A DNA stretch of 64,000 nucleotides from Adineta vaga (taxonomy: Eukaryota > Animalia > Rotifera), in contig CP075492.1 in the NCBI GenBank assembly GCA_021613535.1, positions 868,001-932,000 on the forward strand. Reading direction: 5' to 3'. Under the pieces are notes generated by a model, which made no database searches, was not told where the DNA came from, and saw only the letters and a program-made list of their open reading frames with translations. Shown piece after piece: positions 28,311 through 41,273 of the stretch; positions within the stretch are counted from its first letter, which is position 1; every line of letters starts with the position of its first letter. The translations under genes and the position numbers were made by a program.

Positions 28311-28805
28311 CTCGCTTCTGTTTTTCTCTAAAATATCTTTCTATATACAATAAAGCAATATACTACTACTAATTGGTGGAAGAAGATCGTTGAGATGATC
28401 AGCATTATTCTGAAGAATCGCTTGATGAAATTCATCCCATTGCGCTTGAATATCTTGTTTCATTTCCCATTCGTCACATGATTGTGTTTCAACATCATCA
28501 TAAAAATCAGTCCATTGATTTTTTCTATGGAATGACTTATTGTTCTTTTTTCGAAACTTTGCCATACAGATTTTTCACCAAAAATACGAAAGAAAAGTGT
28601 TGTAATTATTGATACAAAAGAAGAAAAATACATTCGTTCTTTACTATGAGTCGCGAACCATGACTCATGGTGTATGGTAATAATTACACAATGGGAAGTC
28701 AAGTTTTCTATTTCAGACAACGTAGCGAATTAAAGTAAAAGAAAATAACGTACATATCAATACTTTTCTTTTTGTATCGACAACACGGTAATATAAACAT
28801 ATATT

Positions 28806-29700
28806 ATGTTGTCGACTTTCGAAACTCTGCCTGATGAAATTATTATGAAATATATTATGGTGATGTTTTCAATATATTGCAAATGTATCTTGGTTTAAAT
28901 AAAAAATGAGAAAGTTCTATTTACTTCCTCCGCTATTGTTTTGTCAAATTATGTTAATATATATATGTATTTATCATCTACTGTGATTATTGAGTATTCA
29001 TAAACTTATATAGATTAGATTCGAAATATGAAAGAGAAGGTAACTACGTAGTTATTTTGTACATCAAAATTGAATATCGTATTCAAGAAAGATAGATATT
29101 CAAACTTAGATAATCAATGTTTGAATTATGAAAAAACGATTCATATATCTTAGGTATTCTATTTTAACTTTATTTTATTCTAAAATCTCTCCTCATTACT
29201 TATGGTAGAAATATGAAAAAAGTTCAAACATATTATATCCATAGTAACAAATTTTTTATGTTCTTTTTTTACTTGATAGTACTGAGTTATTTTTATTGTA
29301 TAGTATCTGTTTTGTACGATCGATATCTTCGACTATCTGTATTAATCTGCGTTCATTAGATTAGATTGGATTTAGAATCAATAAGATTTTTTTTTAGAAA
29401 AATTATTTGAAAGTTTCATAATATAATTAATGATTGAATGATTATCAATACATGTGCTATTTACTTAAGATTTTTTAAATATCAAAGAGAATTTATTTCG
29501 TTTGATTGTAAAGAAAAAGATCGATGAATGAACAATTTCATTTATATATTAATTAATATTTTTATTATCGTTGTTTTTTTTTATACCATTAATTTGATGT
29601 AATTCAAACATTGATATATCTTCATCATTCTCGTAATACAATTAGAAATCAAATTGAAAACAAGAATATCTTAGAATTTTCAGATGAATTTTATCAACAT
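28806..29700 (+). pseudogene. F-box/LRR-like relic
   Basis: MLSTFETLPDEII F-box start, then heavily disrupted. Confidence 0.4.
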
Positions 29701-29817
29701 TAAAACATATATCATATTCGTTGCTTCACTATTTTGTGCATTCTTCAATTAATATTTATCCTATGAAACGTGAATAGAATAATAAGATTCATCTTTGTCA
29801 AAAAGGCAATAAAATAT

Positions 29818-29881
29818 TTGAGGGTGTGGGTGTCTGTATAGATATGAGTGAAGAAGATATACTCTCACCCACACCCTCGAG
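29818..29881. repeat. telomere-repeat hairpin element
   Basis: TTGAGGGTGTGGGTG...CACCCACACCCTCGAG. Confidence 0.75.
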
Positions 29882-30157
29882 AATCCTCTTACCTTCACTC
29901 ATATCCTCAACAACTGATTCCTTCGTACCTACTCAAGTTATAATCTATGATAATGAATGTTCATGTAGAATTTTTTTTTCAAATTGTAGAAGTCAAGCGA
30001 GTTTTATTGAAAGAAATTCGTCTAAAACAATATCATTTATAGGTTTAAAAGTAGGATGTACACCAAATGAATCATTTCGTGCTTCGATACTTGAATATTT
30101 TTATCAATTTTTCTCAAATAAATAATAAGAAAAAGGTATTAAAGTGAAGATTGTTAA

Positions 30158-33100
30158 CCCTTCGACGATTTTCGTAAATTTGACGAGATCCACAACACTA
30201 TTTTTTGTTGTTTTCCACTTAAAGATCTATCCTTTTCGAAACCATTTCTCTACTAATTAATCCTTAGTCATCTAACGACGAACAAAAGTCATATCTAGTT
30301 TCATCAATAGATCTTGTAGGCCCATAGGCGGCGCGCCATAGAAGCGAGGGGAAGCAATTGCTTCCCCTGAAAAAATTTGGGGAAGCAATAAAAAGTTATT
30401 GCTTCGCTTAAGTTTTGATATTCAGTTAGTTGTTGAACCGATATTAGTGTATTATAAAACTTGTTTCTGATCTCCGAAAGCGGTATTTTACTAAGTGTAT
30501 CTGACATCTATCGTGATCAAGATAATTTTAAGTCCATCCTAGTGATATGATTGGAAAACATAAAGTCCAATATCTTCTTTTTCTTTTCTGATATAGAGAG
30601 AAAATCTAAACTAACTTCCCTCATTTTCTATTTTATCTGATTCATCATTTTCGATTTGATAGTTCAGTTCGAATGTATTTTGCTAATGTCTGATAAAAGC
30701 AAAGTTTCATATTATTTTACAAAAAAAACCCAGATATTTCACTACAAGAATCAGGTAATACCTATTACGATACAAAGTACGAAGTTTCATATTTTCTGTA
30801 TAGATGAAACGATTGTGTTTGATAAAACTGACGATATACCATTGTATTCACAAACAACTTCTGATCGAAATGAATTTAATGAAGATTTTACCGATCAAAA
30901 TTTATCGGAAGAAACATCAACAAATAATAATGATAATGATAATGGTGAAGCATCACTCGGTTGTTTACAAACTGACTCATTTAAACGAGATCCAGGTCGT
31001 GGTCCAGCAGCCGCTAAAAATTTTTTATTATTAGGACCATATCAACCAAATTTAAAATTTCCAACAACTAATCATCGTCATTTTTGTTATAGTTGATATA
31101 TCAACGTTATAAATGGTTGGAATTTAGTGAAATGACTAAAAAGGCTTATTGTTTTGTTTGTCGATTTGCTTATTCAGCAGGTCGGTATGAAAATGCATTT
31201 ACTGTCGATGGTTTTAATCATTGGTCAATGGCTATTGTAAAGTTTAATAAACATCAAGCAATTCTATCACATAAATATGCTAATGATGCATGGGTTAATG
31301 CTGTTAAAAATTACAAAAATAATACTGATGTTTTAAAACAAGTGAATAAACAATATGAAAAGTAAACTTCAGAGAATCGAATGTATCTAAAAGAGATAAT
31401 ACGAACCATCATATTTCTTGCTAAACAAGGTTTAGCATTTTGTGGTCATCGAGAAGATGATGAATCTGAAAACAAAGGTAATCAATATATAGTTGAAATG
31501 TGAATTAGTATCTAAAATTAAACCACATGTCAACTAGATAATTTTATTCTCTTTTATCAAATATATTTTTGTTCTCGTGTACGTAATTTTCTTGAACTTC
31601 TTGAATTAAGAAGTATGGAAAATGAAATTATTCGAAATAAATTAAATTCTGTGAAATATACACATCATTCAATACAAAATGAAATTTTGGCTTTAATACA
31701 AGATCATGTGTTATCTCAAATTGTATCAGAAATAAAAAATGCAAAATACTTCTCGGTTATGATGGATGAAACGTCAGATATTTCCCGTCATGAACAAGTA
31801 TCTTTGGTCATACGTTACACAGATGATCAGTTTCATGTATATGAACGTTTTATTGGGTTTGAACGAGCTTCTAGCACAACTGGTGAAGGTTTATTTCTTT
31901 TATTAGTTCGATGGTTGAAACAAATTGATTTAAATATTGATAATATAGTTGGACAATGTTATGATGGTGCTAGTGCAATGCGTGGTGAATATAAAGGTGT
32001 TGCAACTCGTTTAAAACAAATTGTATCTACTGCTTTATATGTTCATTGTAATGGACATGTTCTTAATCTATGTTTAATCGATACAGCACAAGCTGTAGTA
32101 TCCATTCGAAATAACTTTTCTATTATGAAATCACTTTAAAATTTAATTGAAGCATCAGCAAAACGTCATCAAGTTTTTGAAAATATACAAAAAGAAGTAG
32201 GTTTAGTATCAATACCATTAAAACAACTGTGTAATACACGATGGACATGTCGTTTCGAATCATTAAAAGTTATTATAACACGTTATCCACAAATAATAAG
32301 AGCATTAGAAGATATTGAAACTGGTGATGCATTTATAATGTTAAAAGTTGTATGTACATTTGATTTTGTATTTCACATTCACTTGATGACTGAAGTATTT
32401 CTTGTCACAAATATTTTATCCAAATATTTGCAAAAGTCTGATGTATCTTTGACAGAAGCTTTAACCATAGTTAAAGCCACTGTTGGTTCACTCGAATCAT
32501 TGAGAAATGAAATTGATTTTGATCGAATTTGGAATGAAAGTATGAATATTTGTTCAATGCGTAATATTGATGAACCAATTGAACCTCGAAAAAGAAAAGT
32601 CAGTGCACGCTTAGGTGGTGGTGATTTTGTGCCAGCTACATTATCTGTTAAAGACAATTATCGTGCTAACTCGTTTTATGCTGTATTAGATGTAATTATA
32701 GAATCGATTAAACAAAGATTTAATGAAAATAATATCACGATGATCGTGTTAATTGAAAAATTATTTTTAACTAAAATGTGTTTACATGATGATGAACTGA
32801 AACAAATTGTTCATTTTTACTATATGAATTATGATGAATTAAGAACAGAACAACGTATGTATAAAGTAGCACTTGATGAAAAAGATCAGATGACATTAGC
32901 ATCTACAACAAAATTTTTTTTACAAAATAGTTTCCATTTATCACTTACCATGATGAATGATTTGCTTAAGATATTATGGACAATTCCAGTTAATGTATGT
33001 GAATGTGAAAGAAGTTTCTCATCCTTACGAAGACTTAAGACATACATTCGAAGTACAACAGGTCAAGAACGATTATCTAATTTATCTTTAATAAACATTG

Positions 33101-33755
33101 AACGTAGTTTTGATATTAGCTTGGATACTATTGTAAATAAATTGTTGTATTTAAGTAGTGAAATGAAAAATTTTTTTATTACTACCAAGTTTGAAAAAAT
33201 TTATTGCTTCCCCTAGAAACTTAGGCGTGCTCCGCCCATGCGAATGCAGTCAAAGAATATCATGCTACAATCTCGATCGCAAGTCCAAAAGAAACTGGCT
33301 GAGAACGTTTATTTATTTTCTAAATGCATCTATTTTGAACTCATTTATTTATTATAATTAATTAACTCAAGAAAAGATAACATATTTGAACTACATGGTT
33401 TCAATGTCAAAGGCACTAAATGCTCCGGTATAGTGAACGATTAAGCCGTGGAAGACCTCCTTCTGAAAAAACACGACTAAACTAGCTTCATCAAAAACTG
33501 TCCTTAATTTTGATCATGAAATGCATTTACCTGTAAAAGGATAAGGCAGAAAAAATGTGCTTATTATAGTTTCAAACAAGGAGATTTTCAATCTAATATC
33601 GAATGCTTCACATACAAATTGTCATTTTGTTTAAAAAGAAGAAAAAAACTGTTTTTTGATTAACATAAGGTTTTTATGTTGCCGTTTCGAGTTAAAATAA
33701 AATAAAAAGGTTCAAAAGTGCTTTTTCTCAATTAAAAAATTCCGTCCTCAAAGGG
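30158..33755. mobile_element. non-autonomous piggyBac-like element hosting a nested hAT
   Basis: TTAA|CCCTTCGACGA at 30154-30168 and TCCTCAAAGGG|TTAA at 33745-33759. Confidence 0.65.
30323..33240 (+). mobile_element. hAT transposon (ZMYM1/Tip100-like) with pseudogenised transposase ~30686-33216
   Basis: TIR CATAGGCGGCGC / GCTCCGCCCATG; subterminal TTGCTTCCCCT at both ends. TTF zinc finger (AYCFVCR), MDETSD, CYDGAS, HCNGH, TRW and CERSFS motifs. Stops at 31094, 31363 and 32137. No matching 8-bp TSD. Confidence 0.92.
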
Positions 33756-33761
33756 TTAATT

Positions 33762-34020
33762 ATATTTTCAGCATCTTCAATAATAAAAATAGCATTTTAA
33801 CATTGCATAAGAAATAGAAGAAACTGTGGTGAGGAAATTTATTTTGCTATATATGGTGGAATATAAATTAATGTTTTATCTTGAATAGGATAACGAATGT
33901 AATGTGTTTTTCCTGAACCTGGAATATTATGTGAAAGAGCGATACCTTTGGAATCTTTTATATTAAGATTTTTAAGAAAAATCATGTATTGAAACAAATT
34001 TTTCACCATAATGAAGAGCA
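33762..34020 (-). pseudogene. AAA-type ATPase fragment
   Basis: PGSGKT Walker A, then after stops IFIIEDAENII Walker B; ends at the piggyBac TTAA. Confidence 0.55.
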
Positions 34021-34173
34021 AGATCAGTAATAAATGTTTTTTTTATTATTTTAATTGAACTGAGATAATAACCACATGAATTACGACAAATCATATGCAA
34101 AGTACATGATTTTGAACATAATTATCAGAGTAGTGTAGAAATCGTTAATTCGATTCGAGTATCAAACTTCTTC

Positions 34174-35558
34174 TTCAACTTCTAAATTTATAAGTTTATA
34201 ATTCGAGTACTCGAGTTTTAAACTATTCAACTTCTAAACTTATAAAGTTATAATTCGAGTACTCGAGTTTTAAACTATTCAACTTCTAAATTTATAAGTT
34301 TATAGTTCGAGTACTCGAGTTTTAAACTATTCAACTTCTAAACTTATAAAGTTATAATTCGAGTACTCGAGTTTTAAACTATTCAACTTCTAAATTTATA
34401 AGTTTATAGTTCGAGTACTCGAGTTTTAAACTATTCAACTTCTAAACTTATAAAGTTATAATTCGAGTACTCGAGTTTTAAACTATTCAACTTCTAAATT
34501 TATAAGTTTATAGTTCGAGTACTCGAGTTTTAAACTATTCAACTTCTAAACTTATAAGTTTATAATTCGAGTACTCGAGTTTTAAACTATTCAACTTCTA
34601 AACTTATAAAGTTATAATTCGAGTACTCGAGTTTTAAACTATTCAACTTCTAAACTTATAAGTTTATAATTCGAGTACTCGAGTTTTAAACTGTTCAGCT
34701 CGAAAAAAGCTGGCTAGGTGAAACCATGATTGAGCACTTCGCTTCTACCCCTGCACACTCACTTGGGCTGTTCCCTTGCAACACCCACACCCTCACTTTG
34801 CTCGTCGCCTCACAGCACTAACTCCCGCAGCCTCACTTTGCTTGTTCCCTTGCAACACCCACCACCGCACCCACACTTTGCTCGTCGCCTTACAGCACTT
34901 ATCCCCGCACCCTCACTTTGCTTGTTCGCGTGCAACATCCACCCCCACACCCTCACTTTGCTCGTCGGGTTACAACACCTACCTCCGCACCCACACTTTG
35001 CTCGTCGCCTCACAGCACTTACCCCCGCACCCTCACTTTGCTTGTTCGCGTGCAACACCCACCCCCACACCCTCACTTTGCTCGTCGGGTTACAACACCT
35101 ACCTCCGCACCCACACTTTGCTCGTCGCCTTACAGCACTTACCCCCGCACCCTCACTTTGCTTGTTCCCGTGCAACACCCACTCTCACACCCTCACTTTG
35201 CTCGTCGGGTTACAACACCCACCTCCGCACCCACACTTTGCTCGTCGCCTCACAGCACTTACCCCCGCACCCTCACTTTGCTTGTTCCCGTGCAACACCC
35301 ACACCCACACCCACACCCACACCCTCAGTTTTCAAAGTTCAAAAGTTCAGTAGTTTAAAACTCGAGTACTCGAATTATAAACTTATAAATTTAGAAGTTG
35401 AATAGTTTAAAACTCGAGTACTCGAACTATAAACTTATAAATTTAGAAGTTGAATAGTTTAAAACTCGAGTACTCGAATTATAAACTTATAAATTTAGAA
35501 GTTGAATAGTTTAAAACTCGAGTACTCGAACTATAAACTTATAAATTTAGAAGTTGAA
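34174..35558. repeat. foldback structure: 10 x 52-bp array, GC-rich 40/120-bp core, 4 x 52-bp inverted array
   Basis: Unit TTCAACTTCTAAA..TTCGAGTACTCGAGTTTTAAACTA at 34174-34693; reverse complement at 35351-35558; core ~34765-35327. Confidence 0.95.
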
Positions 35559-36795
35559 TAGTTGAAACGTCTTTTCGACTAATACATGTATGTAAAGACC
35601 ATCATCTTCCGTTTGACATTTCATTGTTGATAGATACATGTGATATTAACCAAGAAAAAATCGAAGTACGGATATTTCACTGTTATCTCTTCTCAAAGCA
35701 AATGAAAGATAACCATCAGTACTAACATCAGGACAAGCATCAGCATATGTTGAATCATTATTGATATCATTTACCATTGTATTATTTTTTTTCAGACATT
35801 CCTCAAAACGAATAATGATGAGAGAAAAAATGCATGAATTTTTATACTGTCAGCTCTAAACGTGTTCCTTATTCATATTTTGTTGGGGGAACAAACAGAA
35901 AAATCCCATATATCATATGTTATGTAATGAATCATGCTTCATCTTTCGATAAAAAAAAGAATAAGTCATATAGTACTAAACCTTCACATATATACTTGTT
36001 ACAATTTGATGATCATATTTTTCTAGCAATCATTTCATGCTTTACTAACCAAAAGATAGTATTAATAGCAATAGGAAGATTAATAACAATTGACGAATAC
36101 ATTTGTTTTTTTTTTATTGATTTTATAATTGAATGATATAAGTTTTCATCAGTAAAGGTAATGAAAATCATTAAAAGAAATGACAAGCTAAGACAACGAC
36201 CGAATATTTCGGTTCTCTATAATTCCAACATGTATAAATTTACTTTGTTTTGTCGTCGTAGGCTTGTTGGTAACACGACAATACATTTAACAGTTGTATT
36301 GTCATTTTTTTCTTTACTTCAGAAACAAATGCATAATAATTAATTATAAAGAATCGAATATTTTATAACAAACTATTTGTAGATTTATTTTTTTCATATT
36401 AATATTAACAATATTCAAACGAAAAGGAAGAAGAATCTTTTCTTTGCATAATATTAAATAGCAAGTTGAAGATATCGCTAGAAGTGAAATAATTGATAAG
36501 GAAAACATTATTGCATATATGTATGTATCATATTGATAGAGGCTAATATTGAGAAATCAATGTAAAGGTAAATTTTTGTTCTAAACGGAGGAAGTGACGA
36601 AGATTCGTTTTGCATGAAATAGCACGTGTTTGTTATAACCTTTATTTTTGTTGGAAAATGTAAAAATGAAATATCATTTTGGTTTAATTTTACTCACATA
36701 AATCAAAAAATTTAAAATAAAAAAAACAATTTTTTTATTTCATTGTTCACTTAATCTAATTAATCGAATAAGAAGATTCGAACAAAAAGAAAATG

Positions 36796-36868
36796 AGGGA
36801 ATACCTGGAGTTGAACCGAGGGACCTCTCGATTTGCGGTCGAGTGCTCTACCACTGAGCTATATTCCC
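36796..36868 (-). tRNA. tRNA-Cys(GCA), variant or pseudo
   Basis: Cloverleaf GGGAATA...TATTCCC with D-arm GCTC/GAGC and anticodon arm CTCGA-CCGCAAA-TCGAG; T-loop TTCAACT; downstream T-run. Position 33 is C and the T-stem has an extra C. Confidence 0.88.
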
Positions 36869-36994
36869 ATTATCAATGTTTATTCTATTCATTTATTTAT
36901 TTATTTATTATTGCGAGAAATAAAATGAAAAACTGAATGGAATAATATTATTATCATCAATAATTATTGAAATTTATCAGATTATTTTATTTTT

Positions 36995-37109
36995 CTCAAT
37001 AGCTGTTAATCCATGGCGAAGATGACGGTTTGATATGTCGAAAGCTCTAGCTTTTCATTCTTTTAAAATATAAAAACTGGTAATTCGCCATGAATTAACA
37101 ACTATTGAG
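36995..37109. mobile_element. 115-bp MITE-like element
   Basis: 26-bp TIR CTCAATAGCTGTTAATCCATGGCGAA / TTCGCCATGAATTAACAACTATTGAG. Confidence 0.7.
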
Positions 37110-38254
37110 TTAATTTCAAGACATATCATCAAATTGGATTGAATTATTTTCTTTTTAGTTGTTTTTTTAATACTATAATAGATTCTTCTGATACCGTCCA
37201 AAACAATCAGAAAATTACATGCTAAATTCCACTGAATGATCTTATTCTGATGGCTAGATCCACAATATGTGTTAGTTGATATCCAATTATAAATATGTAC
37301 GGTAATTATAACTAGTAACGCAGCACAATTGCCGCTGACCCTCTACTGGAAGGAAGTGATATTGTACAACTCATGGTGTACATGTATGGGCTGTAGAAAT
37401 TCGTTGCTTTGTTTGTTTGTATGAAAACAATGCCGTTGTTAAAAATAGTTTTTGATGACTATATGAAGATCATATCAAGAAACTAATATTAATTATTGCT
37501 TAAAAGAATAATAAATTTACTTTCAAAGTTAGCGCTGGTAACAACTGTTTTGCTTATTACAGTTGATTTAAACATGCAGGCAGTTTATTCTGAAGTGAAA
37601 AAAAACACACATACACTCTCAACATGGCATAGAACATATAAGAGATGAAAAGGTGTATGAAGAATATGAGTGAATATCTGAGGGTACGCCTGAAAATCAT
37701 TCAATGGTATATGTTTCGTTAAAAAACATATGCCGCTTTCTATTACTGATGATGAATAAAATACTTATTCTTCGAAACCGGATTAAAGAACGTTCTTTCA
37801 TGGCTCCTGAATGATGAGAACACTAAGCGCTAGCCATGCCACAATATCAATACTTATGAGTGAGTTATCAAAAACGAAATATATTGATATTTAATAAGAT
37901 TGACGATATTGAAGAGCATCGGTATTAAATCGTATTCGCTATCTTAAAGATGATCATTCAATATGAAGAAGCAATACCAAGTATTATTTTTGCGTTATGC
38001 CTGTCAAAACCTACTGCACTACCTGAGAGATTTCTCCTAAAGACAAAGCTTTTAATGTAGTGCACTTTAATATCTACATTAACTTTTCGATTTGACACCG
38101 ACTCTGTTTATTAGGCGATTATAGACTAATCGTTTCGATTTTATTGTCTGAAAAAATGTTTTTGTATTTACGCGGCGAAGCTAGTACGTCGTGTCTTGTT
38201 CATAGAAAAATATAAAAAAATCTTGAATAAAATATAAAAGTGAACTGTATTTCT

Positions 38255-39211
38255 CTATTTCAAACCAAATTGATTTTTGAACAAGACATTTCCACCCAAA
38301 AATGTAAAGCTCGCAGTACCGGAGCCAGTGCCAGATTCTGATATCGTGTTTACCGCATTGCCTACTAGATTGGTGACTTGTGTTCGCGTCCAGCCTGGTT
38401 GGATGGTGAAGTATTGTTGGTATGTAATAGTATAAATTCCTGTATCGAGACCAGACTGTGATCTGCTGGAGAGCACACCACCCTCGAAGTAAAAGGTGAC
38501 AGTGGACGATTGTGAACCTGAATACCGTACAGTGGTATAGTAGAATCCAGAGCCTGGTATACCCGACTGTGAAACAATATATCATGGACCACCCAAGAGC
38601 TGAGTTACTTTTTGTTGTGTTCAACCAATCTGAATTGTCTGATACTGTTGAAAAGTAATGATGCTGGTCAGCGCAGATGCCAAGCCGTTTGCCGTTTTCA
38701 AATTAAGCTGTCCACCGATAAATGTAAAGCTTGCAGTGCTGGAGCCAGTGCCCGAACCTTTGTATTGAACGTTAAGATTCGCTGAACTAGCCGTGCCAGA
38801 TTCCGATGTCGCAATTCCTGAACTACCTGTCAGATTGGTAACTTGTGCTCGCGTCCAGCCGATTTGAATTGTTGCAAATTGCTGGTACGTGATGATATAT
38901 ACTCCCGTATCCAGACCGGACTGATATCTACTGAAGAGCTTACCACTAGTGAAAGTGAAGCTGGCGATGGCACTGGACGACTGCGATCCCAGATACTGAA
39001 TAGTGATTGAGTAGGATGTAGAACCTAGTATACCCCACTGTGAAGTAGTAGTTCCCGGTCCGTTCAAGAGCTGAGTGACTTGTTGCTGTGTCCATCCGAG
39101 CTGAATTGTCTGGTATTGCTGCAAGGTGACGGTGTAGGTAGTAGCAGCGTCCAGATGAAGTGTGATGATCGAAAGAATTACCAAGAGAAAACTAGTCGTC
39201 GTGGAAAACAT
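38255..39211 (-). CDS. secreted BLIP/DUF3862-like four-repeat protein; premature TGA stops leave a 196-aa two-domain product
   Basis: Signal peptide; repeats T.QQY.TIQ.GWT..QV..L.G...ASFTF..G.L....Q.GL; intronless; in-frame TGA at 38621 and 38582; ancestral stop at 38255. Confidence 0.8.
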
Positions 39212-39380
39212 TTTTTGTAACGAATTGATGACAAGAATACGTCAAACTTGCTTTACCGTTCTGATCAGTACTATGGTGAAAGATGTGCTCATGCCGAATA
39301 TGAGAAATGCATATGGTTTAAATACCACTTATCACTTTGGTTGATCATTACATATCCTTTCAGGCATGACATAATGATTT

Positions 39381-39438
39381 AGGGTGAGGGTGAAAAGAAG
39401 AGTATATTACCCATCCTCGCCCACACTCCACCCTCAAG
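39381..39438. repeat. telomere-repeat hairpin element
   Basis: AGGGTGAGGGTGAAAAGAAGAGTATATTACCCATCCTC...CCCTCAAG. Confidence 0.7.
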
Positions 39439-40550
39439 TCCATGACAATATATAATGGGAAACATAATTTTGTAGCAAGTTCATTTCATTTAAAAGGAAA
39501 GTAATTTGTAGCAAAATGAATATTAATATAATTTGTCACTATACATGTATAAGAATTTGTCATAGTGCTTTAGCATTATAGCGGTATACAAGTATAGGAT
39601 TCCGTTAACTAATTAAATAGACATATCTTACTCACTTCATTGACAAAGTTATATACCTCTATACTGTTATGACATATTCTTATACTTCTATAGCACTATG
39701 AGAATTTCTCATACTATATATATGTGTGTGTATCTACACCGTTTGTCATTTACTTTGTTATTTTCTTGACATTTGACTATTTGGTCGTATTTGCCAAAGA
39801 AATTTATTGTGATATATGAAATTTTCAAGAACATATAAACAATTCTGAATTTGCCGCAAAATCAAATACCCAATTGACTCCCTGTACATACGGAAGTTTC
39901 ATGGATAGTTTGGTGACGCTATAGCTATTATAGGGACTGAATGCATAACGAACAGACAGACAAATAAACAAACTTTCTTCTTTATATAGATAGATAACTG
40001 ACACGTTTTTACTTGTTTTTGTTTTTTCAACAAACACAAGTGTTGTCAGAATACAATTGCAATGAAGAATATCAGTCACAAACAAAAAGTATTTTGTGTT
40101 TGTTCTATTGACAATTTCAATGAATCTACCCACAATTTATTAACGTAATAAATCTTATCAGAAACAATAAAATATTTATGATAATTTTGTAATAATGGGA
40201 AGAAAAATTCTGAGTTAAAATGTTAAACCATGATTACCTGATCGTATTGTGAAGTTTTGAAACTAAAGAAATTCAAGAAAGCATGTTGTTAATAGTTATG
40301 AGATAACGATTTAAGGAAATACTTCTTTAATACGTTATATTCTATCATAACATTATTTTAAAGAAATAAATACATTCGTATTTACAAGACCTTCCAATAG
40401 ATTTTTTCCTTGTAATCTCATTAGCAAAATCACAATATCAAAACTACCAAAGCCAAAACTTCAAAACTTTGAGTTTTGGATATGGTACATGCCTATTCTA
40501 GACACTTGTCATTTTCTTCTTATTTTTTTCCAATGAAAAAAGTCAGACTA

Positions 40551-40860
40551 TTCAGATTATAATAGAATTTTCATGCAAAAAAATCAAGATTAAAATTTCA
40601 CAGAAAAAACGATAATTTGATTTTTAATCCAACATAATCTCCTGAAATTAGTATATTCTTCGTTAAAATCATTTATTATCGATTTACAAATCATATATAT
40701 ATATGTTTGATTTTATATGATTTTAATTTAGAATATATATTGATTTCAAGAAATTATTTTTCATTAAAATTAAATTATCGTTTTATTTTTGGAAGTTTTA
40801 ATCAATTAAAATCTTGATTTTGTTGCACAAAAACTCAGTCATAATCTGGCATAATCTGAA
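40551..40860. mobile_element. degenerate AT-rich inverted repeat, MITE-like
   Basis: TTCAGATTAT..TGCAAAAAAATCAAGATT..AAACGATAATTT is mirrored by AAATTATCGTTT..AATCTTGATTTTGTTGCA..ATAATCTGAA. Confidence 0.6.
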
Positions 40861-41273
40861 AATTTGTTTACTGTGATTCACGTGTCAAAATCATCGATCG
40901 TTTTGTATTAAAAACTAGTCTATATATACACGATCTATAATGAAAAGATTTCATTTAGTTATCTTTGAAAAAAATAGTTTTTTTCTATTTTTGATAATAG
41001 TCCCATTTCCTTCAACAGCATTTAGTTAGAAATATTCAAGTACTAATGGAATAATATTACACTATATGTCATAATGTAATCAACAACTTATTGAAAATTA
41101 ATAGAATAGAGTGAAAAGATGTTTTGGATGAGTTGTGTTTTTTTGTCATTTAATTAAGAAAAATACTTTTTCTTTGTGAACATATACTTATATATATATA
41201 TATAGTTGTTATTTATGAATAAAAGAACATTTCTTCGAAGAAACAGAAACATCATCTCATCTGATTCGATACA

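Noticed and set aside
34765-35327. CRISPR-like repeat-spacer appearance
   Set aside because: The spacers are three recurring types, the constant part is short, there are no cas genes and the context is eukaryotic. It is a higher-order tandem repeat.
34730-35405. Four overlapping Pro/His-rich ORFs
   Set aside because: They are stop-free translations of the GC-rich tandem repeat in several frames
38582-38623. TGA read as Trp or Sec in the BLIP-like gene
   Set aside because: The second TGA aligns with Gly, the other Trp codons are TGG, and repeat 4 also has a deletion. Decay is the simpler explanation.
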